Below are positions 8,560-17,012 of a stretch of DNA of 26,431 bases, one piece after another (positions within the stretch are counted from its first letter, which is position 1; the number at the start of each line of letters is the position of its first letter). A model generated the notes under the pieces. It saw nothing but the letters and a program-made list of their open reading frames with translations, was not told the DNA's origin and searched no databases. Origin of the DNA: Cyanobacteria bacterium auto_48_18 (GTDB lineage Bacteria; Cyanobacteriota; Vampirovibrionia; Obscuribacterales; Obscuribacteraceae); assembly GCA_036170915.1 (NCBI GenBank), contig JAVHQC010000009.1, forward strand, positions 1 through 26,431, read 5' to 3'. A program made the translations under genes and the position numbers.

Positions 8560-8958
8560 GAGAACTGGGGCTGGTTTGAATGAACATTTATACTTCTTGC
8601 ACTTTCTTTGCAGAAATTCATGCAAAAGTCTCGATTTGCGGCAGGCTGGATAATATTTGACTCATAATTCTCCTTGGCTCTTGATGATGCGAATATGCGC
8701 TGACTCTCCAGAGCATCACTTTTGTTGCATTGAATTTACGCAAATGAGGAGCAATCGCATAGCTAATGGAGGTGCAGAAGGCGCGTTTTCGTTTTGCGTT
8801 AAAGCCGCATGAGAGGCCAACCTTCGCCTGACCGGTTGGCAAGTTATTCCTTATACTACTAGTTGTAGATTATCAGTCTCGTCTCCAAACTTTTTAGTGG
8901 CGTCTGGCGACTTGCAAAAGATTCATTAGTCTCAAGTTAGCATTTATGAGGATTCGTC

Positions 8959-9432
8959 ATGACAAGGAAAGCTTTAACGGTATTGGCATTCGGCTTGAGT
9001 GCAATTTTTTTAGCGCCAACGGCAATCGCCAATCCTCTCAGTTTTGGCAAAGCGGCTACATCTTCCGCTCCAACGTCTGCTCCCACCAGTCTGGAAGTTG
9101 ACATGGCTGAGTCGAAAGTAACAAATACGCACAAAAAATTAGAGCAAGCAAAACAGCAGTTAGAAGCCGCCAAGGCGCATCTAAAGGCTGCTGAAGCTGA
9201 ATTTAGAGCTGCACAAGCAGACAAACAAGCTTTAGTATTGCGCACCAGAGCTAGAGAATTGGCCTCAGCTGCTGGTATTGAGCAATCTGTTGACACAGTT
9301 ACTGGACCAGCCAAAGATGAAGCCCCCGCCCCAGGCGGCAGTCGCATCGACCTGGTGCCGGCTGAAGCTACCACGGCAACTCCGGCTGCGGTCACGACTT
9401 CGGCGCCTACGCTGCAAGACCTGGCTCAATAA
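8959..9432 (+). CDS. Hypothetical exported coiled-coil protein
   Basis: GAGGA RBS; signal peptide (MTRKALTVLAFGLSAIFLAPTAIA|N); heptad Ala/Lys/Glu-rich helix; followed by a terminator. Confidence 0.8.
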   Translation: MTRKALTVLAFGLSAIFLAPTAIANPLSFGKAATSSAPTSAPTSLEVDMAESKVTNTHKKLEQAKQQLEAAKAHLKAAEAEFRAAQADKQALVLRTRARELASAAGIEQSVDTVTGPAKDEAPAPGGSRIDLVPAEATTATPAAVTTSAPTLQDLAQ

Positions 9433-9449
9433 TCTAGATAATAGAAACG

Positions 9450-9484
9450 AAAAAAAGGGGCACCCAGCAGTGGGTGCCTTTTTT
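9450..9484. terminator. Bidirectional rho-independent terminator
   Basis: A-tract, GGCACCCA-GCAG-TGGGTGCC stem-loop, T-tract, lying between convergent genes. Confidence 0.85.
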
Positions 9485-9489
9485 GTCGT

Positions 9490-9536
9490 TGCTAAAACGC
9501 AGAGAAATTTTGCCAATATTTCTCTGCGTTTTGGCA
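9490..9536. repeat. Long inverted repeat in the rnc 3' UTR
   Basis: AAAACGCAGAGAAAT (9494-9508) pairs perfectly with ATTTCTCTGCGTTTT (9518-9532); extendable to ~19 bp with one imperfect pair. Confidence 0.8.
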
Positions 9537-9569
9537 GGCGCAATTTGTACACGTCGTCTAAATGGCGTT

Positions 9570-10361
9570 TTAGTTGATAGCGCTGCTTGTTTCTTTCAGA
9601 GCTTGAAAAGCTAATTTGGCCGCTTCTTGTTCAGCTGCCTTTTTAGACTTGCCTGATCCTTGAGCCAGAGCCTTGCCTTCTAATTTTACGGCGACGGTGA
9701 AAACTGGGTCATGAGGCGGGCCTTCCGAGCTGATGACAACATAGCTGGGTGTGCCTTCTGCTCGCGCCTGTGTCAATTCTTGCAGTTGAGCTTTGTAATT
9801 GTCTTTGATTTCATCGCGGTCAACCACAGTGGTTTGATGGCCAAACAAGCGCACTAGCAGCGTCTGAACCTGGAATAGTCCGAGATCTTGATAGATAGCT
9901 CCGATTAAGGCTTCCATGGCGCAAGCAACGATTGACGGACGAGTTTGCACATTGCGACCGAGCAAAATGTATTTGCTCAAATTTACTTCTTCGCCAATTT
10001 CGGCCAGGATGCGATCTGATACCAGCACCGCCCGTAGCTCAGTTAATTGACCTTCATCATAATCAGGGAAACGCTCTAATAGATATTCGCTGATGACAAA
10101 TTTAAGCACCGCGTCACCAAAAAACTCGAGCTTCTCATAATCTGCCCAGCCCGGATTTTCTGCAGCATACGAGCTATGCGTCAGCGCTTCGTTCACCAGG
10201 CCCATTCGGCCGCACGTTACTCCAAGCTTCTGGCAAAGTTGGTCCAGATCCTTAAAGCGTTTGGGCGAAATTGAAACTGATGGTGGCTGGGCGGTCATCG
10301 GGCTGTTTTTGCTGTATTCGGGGGCGCTTATAACGTTGGTAATTGAAACTGTTGCTCTCAA
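9570..10361 (-). CDS. rnc: Ribonuclease III
   Basis: EALTHSSY, EKLEFFGDAVL signature, EGQLTELRAVLVS, EALIGAIY and a C-terminal dsRBD (YKAQLQEL...EGPPHDPVF...GSGKSKKAAEQEAA). Start is TTG 10361 or ATG 10298. Confidence 0.95.
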   Translation of the reverse strand: MRATVSITNVISAPEYSKNSPMTAQPPSVSISPKRFKDLDQLCQKLGVTCGRMGLVNEALTHSSYAAENPGWADYEKLEFFGDAVLKFVISEYLLERFPDYDEGQLTELRAVLVSDRILAEIGEEVNLSKYILLGRNVQTRPSIVACAMEALIGAIYQDLGLFQVQTLLVRLFGHQTTVVDRDEIKDNYKAQLQELTQARAEGTPSYVVISSEGPPHDPVFTVAVKLEGKALAQGSGKSKKAAEQEAAKLAFQALKETSSAIN

Positions 10362-10565
10362 GGGATTCCCGTACCTCTTATCTACCTATTTAGGAGACTA
10401 CAAGAGGTAAGCGCAAGATGCCCGTTTTGTTAACCATTGTTTCCACTTCAATTACGCTAAGTCCTACTAATGATGCCCATTTCAGCGATTGAATATCAGG
10501 GCTGTGACAATCAGTAATTGATGAGTTCGATCTCACGATAGATGCATGTGTGAAGTTATGCACTC

Positions 10566-10571
10566 TATAAT
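10566..10571 (+). promoter_or_regulatory. Perfect -10 box (TATAAT), candidate nuo operon promoter
   Basis: TATAAT 240 nt upstream of nuoA in the divergent rnc/nuoA intergenic region; no good -35 box. Confidence 0.35.
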
Positions 10572-10810
10572 CTACGCCTCTTAAGCTAATCTCTTGCTAT
10601 ATAGCCTGCTATGCTTTCATTGATTGCCCGGGCGTTACCGATCAAAATCAGTTTGAAAGATTTACCAGGTTTTGATGGATGCAAAGCGTATGAATGATGC
10701 TGGTCAAGCAATCTTCGTATGTTAGATCTGTTTTGCTTAACTGGCGCAGTCAGAACGGATGTCATAAACGTAAAATAGGAAGCGGCGACTAAGTAGAGGA
10801 ACGCAACAAA

Positions 10811-11266
10811 GTGGATCAAAGTTCGTTGCAGCTCGGCCAGATATTTTTATTCGTAACGGTGGGTTTTGCCCTGCCGGCCCTGGGGATGATCCTCTTGGCT
10901 TGGGTTTTGCAGCTCGCACTGGGTTATCACAGACCAAACTCGACAAAAAATCAGCCTTACGAGTGCGGTATGAAGCCAATGCAAGAAGCACTGGTGCAAT
11001 TTGATGTGCGCTATTACCTTTACGCCATCTTATTCATTCTCTTCGATATCGAAATCATCTTTATTATCCCCTGGTTATTGGCTACTGACAGTATTCCAAG
11101 GCTGCTAATTGGTGCCGATGCCGTTAACCAGCTGGCAGCCAGTGGTCAAATGGCAGAGCTGATGAAATTGAAAATGATCGGCCCCATAGAAATTTCTATG
11201 TTCCTTGTCATTCTCGTGGTTGGTCTGGTTTATGCCTGGAAGAAAGGCGCTCTAGAGTGGGAGTAG
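10811..11266 (+). CDS. nuoA: NADH-quinone oxidoreductase subunit A (NdhC)
   Basis: [32 protein letters not shown] and [22 protein letters not shown] before the GTG start. Confidence 0.95.
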   Translation: MDQSSLQLGQIFLFVTVGFALPALGMILLAWVLQLALGYHRPNSTKNQPYECGMKPMQEALVQFDVRYYLYAILFILFDIEIIFIIPWLLATDSIPRLLIGADAVNQLAASGQMAELMKLKMIGPIEISMFLVILVVGLVYAWKKGALEWE

Positions 11267-11273
11267 GAAAGAA

Positions 11274-12158
11274 ATGAGTCAAGGAAACATGAGTACTTCT
11301 GCTAAGCCAAATACTAATCCGGTTGTGCCGGACGAACTGAAAGATTCTGTCAGCATATCTTCAATAGACTTTATGATTGACGCGCTAGGTCAGGTGCTCT
11401 CGCCTGTATTGAGCCCTATAGCCAATCTGGCCAGATCTAATTCGGTCTGGCCAATGACATTCGGCACTTCTTGTTGCGCTATCGAAATGATCAGTGTGGG
11501 GATGTCAGCCTTTGATATTTCTCGCTTTGGTTCTGAAGTATTTCGTGCCACACCACGACAAGCCGATATGATTATCACCGCCGGTACGATCACCAGAAAA
11601 ATGGCACCAGCTCTGATTACTTTATATGAGCAAATGCCCGAACCAAAATATGTAATTGCTATGGGTGCTTGCACCATTACTGGTGGCATGTTCAACGACT
11701 CATATTCTGTTGTTCAAGGTGTTGACCGAATCATTCCGGTAGATGTTTTCTTGCCTGGTTGCCCACCTAGACCAGAAGGCATTCTTGATGCCCTCTTGAA
11801 GCTGCAACAAAAAATTCGTACTGAAAATTATGCCGAGCGCAGAAAGAAACTCTACGCTCAAACATCGGTGCGTAAAGTTGACTATGACACAGGTCGTCCA
11901 TTGGAAGATTTGATTGGAGTAGTTAAAGAGGATACCAATGCGGCATTGAGCTCAGGGCAAGAAGCGCTTGGTGATGAGGCCAAAGGCATTTCGCCCAAGG
12001 CTGAAGAAGCAAAAACCGTTGCTACTAAACCGGTCGCTCCTAAAGTTGAAGTAGCGAAACCGGAAGCCGCGAAACCGGAAGTAACTACTCCAGAAGTGAA
12101 AAAAGTAGAAAACACTAAAGACGAAGCTGCCGAAAAAGCTGACGACAAATCTGTTTAA
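11274..12158 (+). CDS. nuoB: NADH-quinone oxidoreductase subunit B (NdhK-like) with charged C-terminal tail
   Basis: [45 protein letters not shown] and PGCPPRPE, carrying the N2 cluster ligands. Confidence 0.96.
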   Translation: MSQGNMSTSAKPNTNPVVPDELKDSVSISSIDFMIDALGQVLSPVLSPIANLARSNSVWPMTFGTSCCAIEMISVGMSAFDISRFGSEVFRATPRQADMIITAGTITRKMAPALITLYEQMPEPKYVIAMGACTITGGMFNDSYSVVQGVDRIIPVDVFLPGCPPRPEGILDALLKLQQKIRTENYAERRKKLYAQTSVRKVDYDTGRPLEDLIGVVKEDTNAALSSGQEALGDEAKGISPKAEEAKTVATKPVAPKVEVAKPEAAKPEVTTPEVKKVENTKDEAAEKADDKSV

Positions 12159-12188
12159 ACGCAACGATTTAATAGGAACTTGAAGTAG

Positions 12189-12914
12189 ATGACAGACGAG
12201 AAGCCTTCAGAGGCTGAAAAGCCGGAAGATAAAAAACCTGAAGCCGCAAAACCAGCTGAAGCCGCGAAACCTGAAGCCGCGAAACCTGCTGATGCTGCGA
12301 AGCCTGATGCCGCGAAACCTGCTGATGCTGCGAAGCCTGATGCCGCAAAACCAGCTGCGCCCGCTGCTGCCGCCGCTCCAAAGCCCGCTGCTAAAGCGCC
12401 AGAACCAGTTATTCCTGCTACAGCCGGAAAATTCGAGCAGTTTCTCAAAGAGCATGGCATTCCCTGCGAGCGTCTACCGTTGTCGCTGACAATTGAAACC
12501 ATTGCCTTGAGCGGCGACGTTCTACAGGCCGCTTTGCGTCTTCTGCGTAATAGCTCTGAAGTTAAACTCGATTTGCTGCTCACCGTATCTGGTGTGGAGA
12601 GCAATGACACATTTGATTCGGTTTATCACCTGTGGTCTTACTCAAATCTAGACGAACTGGTGATTAAGGTACTGGTGAAAAAAAGCGATGTGCCTGAAGG
12701 CGATCTGCCTGCTGTGCCCAGTATCGCTAATTTTTGGGCAGCTGCTAACTGGCACGAACGCGAAACTTATGACTTGATGGGCATTCGTTATGCAAACCAT
12801 CCGTACATGAGACGAATTCTTAATCCGTGGGATTGGGAAGGCTATCCGCTGCGCCGTGATTACAAACAGCTGGTAGATTCTCTGAACGATAAAAACCCGC
12901 ACAGTATGCGCTAA
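12189..12914 (+). CDS. nuoC: NADH-quinone oxidoreductase subunit C (NdhJ) with repetitive N-terminal extension
   Basis: VYHL, VPSIANFWAAANWHERETYDLMGIRYANHP..RRIL..DWEGYPLRRDY. Confidence 0.95.
   Translation: MTDEKPSEAEKPEDKKPEAAKPAEAAKPEAAKPADAAKPDAAKPADAAKPDAAKPAAPAAAAAPKPAAKAPEPVIPATAGKFEQFLKEHGIPCERLPLSLTIETIALSGDVLQAALRLLRNSSEVKLDLLLTVSGVESNDTFDSVYHLWSYSNLDELVIKVLVKKSDVPEGDLPAVPSIANFWAAANWHERETYDLMGIRYANHPYMRRILNPWDWEGYPLRRDYKQLVDSLNDKNPHSMR
12235..12357 (+). repeat. Coding tandem repeat (KPEAA/KPADAA/KPDAA units) in nuoC
   Basis: Alternating 15- and 18-nt units such as GCCGCGAAACCTGCTGATGCTGCGAAGCCTGAT. Confidence 0.9.
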
Positions 12915-12929
12915 TTTGAAGGACTGAAA

Positions 12930-14060
12930 ATGGCTACTGAAATTCAAGAGATTGACCTGAAAACTGATGAGATGATCATCAACATGGGTCCACAACACCC
13001 TGCTACTCACGGGGTTTTGAGATTGCTGCTTACCCTTGATGGTGAGACGGTCAAGCATACGGAGCCCGTATTAGGTCACTTGCACCGTGGTCAAGAATGG
13101 CAAGGTCAGAATCGCACTTGGTTCCAATATCAAGCTTTGATCGACCGCGTCGATTATTTGTCTGGCATGTTCACATCATGGGCAATGGCCCGCGCATGTG
13201 AAGAAATTGATGGCACCGTGGTGCCACCACGGGCAGAGTATCTTCGCGTGATGCTTTCAGAGATGAATCGTATTACCTCCCATTTGCTGTGGCTGGGAAC
13301 TTACTTGATTGACTTGGGCGCCATGTTTGGTTTCCCCTTCTATCCGTTCCGTGAACGCGAAAAACTTTTTGACTTGTTTGAAGAAATTGCCGGCCAGCGC
13401 ATGATGTTCAATTACATCAGAATCGGTGGTGTAGTGCGCGATCCGAAACCTGAATGGTTAGACAAACTGAAGCGTTTCCTTGACGAATTTCCAGACCGCA
13501 TCGATGAATACGAAACCATCGTCACTCAAAATCCAATTTTCTTGAAGCGTACTAAAGATGTGGGCATTCTCACTCAGGCAGTGGCTAAAGATTATGGTGT
13601 CACCGGCCCTTGTATTCGCTCGTCGGGTATCCCACTAGATTTGCGGCGCACCAAGCCATATTCGGTTTACCCCGAACTTAAATTTGATGTCATCACTTTT
13701 GATAAAGAGGGCGACACCTGGGACCGCTACATGGCCAGAATCTTGGAAATGCGCCAGTCGATTGAGATCATTCGCCAATGTATTGATAAGCTGCCTAGCG
13801 GCGACATCATGGGCAAAAAGCAGATGGCCGGCATGCGCATCAAAGCTGGCGAAGGCTTCTCTGCTGTGGAATCACCCCGTGGAATTCTCGGTTGTTATGT
13901 TATCTCTGGTGGTGGCGAAAAAGCATTGCGCTTCCGCTGGCGTAATCCATCATTCTGCAATCTTGCTATCTTGCCTGAACTTCTAAAGGGTTGCCCGCTT
14001 TCCGACATCATGGCCATCTTTGGTTCTATCGACGTGATTCTTCCAGACGTAGATCGCTAA
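12930..14060 (+). CDS. nuoD: NADH-quinone oxidoreductase subunit D (NdhH)
   Basis: INMGPQHPATHGVLRL, LHRG, DRVDYLS, RAEYLRVM..E.NRITSHLLWLG, ESPRG and C-terminal DVDR. No NiFe CxxC motifs. Confidence 0.96.
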   Translation: MATEIQEIDLKTDEMIINMGPQHPATHGVLRLLLTLDGETVKHTEPVLGHLHRGQEWQGQNRTWFQYQALIDRVDYLSGMFTSWAMARACEEIDGTVVPPRAEYLRVMLSEMNRITSHLLWLGTYLIDLGAMFGFPFYPFREREKLFDLFEEIAGQRMMFNYIRIGGVVRDPKPEWLDKLKRFLDEFPDRIDEYETIVTQNPIFLKRTKDVGILTQAVAKDYGVTGPCIRSSGIPLDLRRTKPYSVYPELKFDVITFDKEGDTWDRYMARILEMRQSIEIIRQCIDKLPSGDIMGKKQMAGMRIKAGEGFSAVESPRGILGCYVISGGGEKALRFRWRNPSFCNLAILPELLKGCPLSDIMAIFGSIDVILPDVDR

Positions 14061-14119
14061 GTTTCGAACTCTCTTTCAGTTGTTTTTCGGTAGTCAAAAT
14101 AAGGTAAAAATCGAACCCC

Positions 14120-15478
14120 ATGTTTTCAAACGGCGATGAAATTTTCAAAATATCAAGGCTGACAATAGTTTGGCTGGCCGGCATTTTCACCATCGTCTGG
14201 ATGGTTTGCTGGGGTGTGGGAATTGCCCTGCCCATGCTGCTCACTAGTCAGTTTGGCGATAAGGCTGCCTTGACCAACGAAATTTTAAGAGCTGCCACCC
14301 CTGTGATTGGCATTCTGGTATTCATCCCCATTAACGCAATGTTCATGGTTTTAATTGAACGCCGCGCGCTGGCTCTTTGGACCGTGAGAAAAGGACCCAA
14401 CCGCGTTGGACCAGACGGTAATTTTCAAACTGCGGCCGACGCAGTCAAGTTGCTTCTGAAAGAAGACATCACACCAACAGGCGCAGATGCCGTGATGCAT
14501 ACATTTGCTCCTATTCTATTTTTTGCTCCTTCAGTTTTTGGTGCGGTACCTCTACTGGCTGCAGTCACAAACAACCATCCGCTCTTCCATATACTAAATT
14601 TACCCACCGGTATTTTCTTTGTCCTCGCCGCCGGCGCATTGCCTGTGGTGGCCCTGGTAATGGCCGGTTGGGCAAGCAACAATAAGTATTCATTGGTTGG
14701 TGGATTGCGTAGTGCCGCTCAAGCAATCTCTTACGAAATACCTCTGGTACTTTCACTAGTTACTGTGTGTTTAATGGCAGGCACGCTTGACTTGGTCAAA
14801 ATTACCGAGCAGCAGGCAGGTGGCATTCTAAATTGGAATTTGCTTGGTGGTGGTGCTTTGACCGGGCTGAATAACGCCCTTGCGGGTGGTGGCGCCAAAG
14901 CGCTGGCTACCAGCTATTTTATGGGTCCAGTCTCTTACGTCTGCGCTGGTCTACTGGTAATCTCTCTGATCATTTCTTTCTGGCTTTATTTGACCGGCGC
15001 TTGCGCTGAAATCAACCGCATTCCTTTCGATTTGCCTGAAGCTGAGTCAGAGCTGGTTAGCGGTTATAACACTGAATACAGTGGCATGAAATTCGCTATA
15101 TTCTTCCTGGCTGAATTCACCAACTTATTTGTAGTATCGAGCATCACCACCGTGATGTTCCTGGGCGGCGGCGACAATCCGATTCCCCCTTATATTTTGA
15201 ATAATATTCCTGGCATTCCGCAAATGGTCGCTGCTATTCGCGATTCTTATTTCTGCAGCACTTTGCACATTATCAATCCAGAAACATTCTTCGCTACCCT
15301 TTGGGTGATTGCCAAAGTTTATGGTCTGGTGATATTTGCAGTGCTGATTCGCGGCACATTGCCTCGCTTCAGAATCGACCAGCTAATGGCCTTCGGCTGG
15401 AAGCGTTTGATACCACTTTCGCTAATTGTTTTCATCATCGTTGTTTTTGCAAGGGAGTTCGTAATCTGTCATGGCTAA
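14120..15478 (+). CDS. nuoH: NADH-quinone oxidoreductase subunit H (NdhA), enlarged
   Basis: ERR......RKGPNRVGP.G..Q..ADAVKLLLKEDI, GWASNNKYSLVGGLRSAAQAISYEIP, AEINRIPFDLPEAESELVSGYNTEYSG and RGTLPRFRIDQLM. Confidence 0.96.
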   Translation: MFSNGDEIFKISRLTIVWLAGIFTIVWMVCWGVGIALPMLLTSQFGDKAALTNEILRAATPVIGILVFIPINAMFMVLIERRALALWTVRKGPNRVGPDGNFQTAADAVKLLLKEDITPTGADAVMHTFAPILFFAPSVFGAVPLLAAVTNNHPLFHILNLPTGIFFVLAAGALPVVALVMAGWASNNKYSLVGGLRSAAQAISYEIPLVLSLVTVCLMAGTLDLVKITEQQAGGILNWNLLGGGALTGLNNALAGGGAKALATSYFMGPVSYVCAGLLVISLIISFWLYLTGACAEINRIPFDLPEAESELVSGYNTEYSGMKFAIFFLAEFTNLFVVSSITTVMFLGGGDNPIPPYILNNIPGIPQMVAAIRDSYFCSTLHIINPETFFATLWVIAKVYGLVIFAVLIRGTLPRFRIDQLMAFGWKRLIPLSLIVFIIVVFAREFVICHG

Positions 15479-16310
15479 CCTTATTTCAAGAGCATTTGGT
15501 GGATTGAACGAAGTTAGACGCGGTCTTGCCACCGTGTTTAAGCATACTTTCCGTGAGCCTATCACTAAAAATTATCCTGATGATATGCCTGACCTGGCCC
15601 CTCACTTCAGAGGCCGTTTGGCATTGACGGTTAATCCTGAGACAGGTGATCACCTTTGCATTTCCTGCAAACAGTGTGAGCGTGTTTGTCCTGATAAGTG
15701 TATTGAAATCACTTCGCATAAGAGCCCTGAGACCAACAAGCTGGAATTGATCGATTTCAAAATCGACCATGGCTTGTGTATGTTCTGTGGCTTGTGTACA
15801 GAAGTTTGCCCAACGCTCTGCATCATCAATACAAATGATTTTGAAATGGCTGATTATTCACGTGAATCGCTGATTTACGACTTGAAAAAATTGACTTTGA
15901 GTCAAGACGAGTCAGCTTTCTATTTCGAGCGTAAAGAAATGCCACTGCCTAAGCCAAAGCCCGCCAAGCCAGCTCCTGCCGCAGCCGGCGCTGCTCCAGC
16001 TGCGGGTGCAGCTGCTGCCAAGCCTGCCGCTGCGACAGGTGGTGCCCCTGCAGCTGGTGCCGAAGCGAAACCTGCTGATACTAAACCAGCCGAAGCCAAA
16101 ACTGCTGATGCTAAACCAGCTGAAGCGAAACCTGCTGATGCTAAGCCAGCCGAAGCTAAAACTGCTGATGCCGACGCGAAAACAGTTGAAGTGAAGAAGC
16201 CTGAAATCAAAGATGACGCAAAACCAGAAGCTAAGACCGAAGAGCCCAAAGCTGACGCGAAACCAGAAGCTAAGACCGACGAACCCAAAGCTGACGAACC
16301 CAAGGCATAA
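15471..16310 (+). CDS. nuoI: NADH-quinone oxidoreductase subunit I (NdhI), 2x[4Fe-4S], with repetitive C-terminal tail
   Basis: T.NYPD...FRGR, CISCKQCERVCP and CMFCGLCTEVCP; overlaps the nuoH stop by 8 nt. Confidence 0.95.
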   Translation: MANLISRAFGGLNEVRRGLATVFKHTFREPITKNYPDDMPDLAPHFRGRLALTVNPETGDHLCISCKQCERVCPDKCIEITSHKSPETNKLELIDFKIDHGLCMFCGLCTEVCPTLCIINTNDFEMADYSRESLIYDLKKLTLSQDESAFYFERKEMPLPKPKPAKPAPAAAGAAPAAGAAAAKPAAATGGAPAAGAEAKPADTKPAEAKTADAKPAEAKPADAKPAEAKTADADAKTVEVKKPEIKDDAKPEAKTEEPKADAKPEAKTDEPKADEPKA

Positions 16311-16322
16311 ACCCAAGGCATA
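16060..16322 (+). repeat. Coding tandem repeats (KPAEA/KPADA/KTADA; KPEAKT[ED]EPKAD) plus a 13-bp duplication across the nuoI stop
   Basis: 15-nt units, a duplicated 39-nt unit, and AACCCAAGGCATA twice at 16297-16322. Confidence 0.88.
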
Positions 16323-16341
16323 GATAGGAAATCAAATCAAA

Positions 16342-16995
16342 ATGGGACAAGATATGCTCTCAACACTATTATCGGCACCAGTCGTGGAAACATGGGCTTT
16401 CTATTTGCTCACCACTTTGTCGATTTGCCTGGCTATCGGAGTGTTAGTCGACAGGGTCGTGATTCGTAGCGGTTTCATTTTAATTGGTGTATTCGGCACC
16501 ATTTCTGGAATCTTCTTACTGCTCTCGGCTCAGTTTCTTGCTCTGGCGCAAATCATGATTTACGCAGTGGGCATCACGCTCATGGTAGTGATTGCACTGA
16601 TGTTGACCAATCCTCGTTTAGAGCGCGAGCAGCTAGTTGTCTACAATGACGAAAGCCTGCCACCTCTGGCTAAACTTTTCGCTTCTTGCAAACGCAATCT
16701 CAATTTGTGGGTAGCGGTTTTAAGCTTTGTCACTCTGTACGCTGCTTTGATTGGTGAAAATCACTGGCCACTCAGCGATCAAGCGGTGAGCCAAGATGCA
16801 GTTCAAACTTTGGGCGAGGCGCTGGTAACTAACTATTCCATTCCATTTGAGTTTGCTTCTGTGCTACTTCTGGCAGCGCTCATGGGAGCAATCATGCTGG
16901 CCAAAGGTGAACCCAAGAATAAAGTTGAAGATGGCGATTCGCCCATTGTTGATGAAACAAAGAAGCAAGAAAACAATCTGGCATTGCAAAGGTAA
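16342..16995 (+). CDS. nuoJ: NADH-quinone oxidoreductase subunit J (NdhG)
   Basis: FLLLSAQFLALAQIMIYAVGI and LG..L.TNYSIPFEFASVLLLAALMGAIMLA. Confidence 0.94.
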   Translation: MGQDMLSTLLSAPVVETWAFYLLTTLSICLAIGVLVDRVVIRSGFILIGVFGTISGIFLLLSAQFLALAQIMIYAVGITLMVVIALMLTNPRLEREQLVVYNDESLPPLAKLFASCKRNLNLWVAVLSFVTLYAALIGENHWPLSDQAVSQDAVQTLGEALVTNYSIPFEFASVLLLAALMGAIMLAKGEPKNKVEDGDSPIVDETKKQENNLALQR

Positions 16996-17012
16996 TAAGG
17001 TAGGAGATCAAA

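Noticed and set aside
8618..8842. 74-aa intergenic ORF
   Set aside because: No recognisable motif or clear RBS; it lies in a divergent promoter region. It cannot be fully excluded.
10586..10819. 77-aa minus-strand ORF overlapping the nuoA start
   Set aside because: Antisense to the nuoA leader and RBS, with no supporting features.
12155..12610. Antisense ORF with repeated GFAAS
   Set aside because: Mirror of the nuoC repeat; the same applies to 15912-16321 opposite nuoI and 11882-12164 opposite nuoB.
12930..14060. Group 4 [NiFe]-hydrogenase large subunit
   Set aside because: No N- or C-terminal CxxC nickel motifs; the quinone-site His and Tyr residues of NuoD are present.
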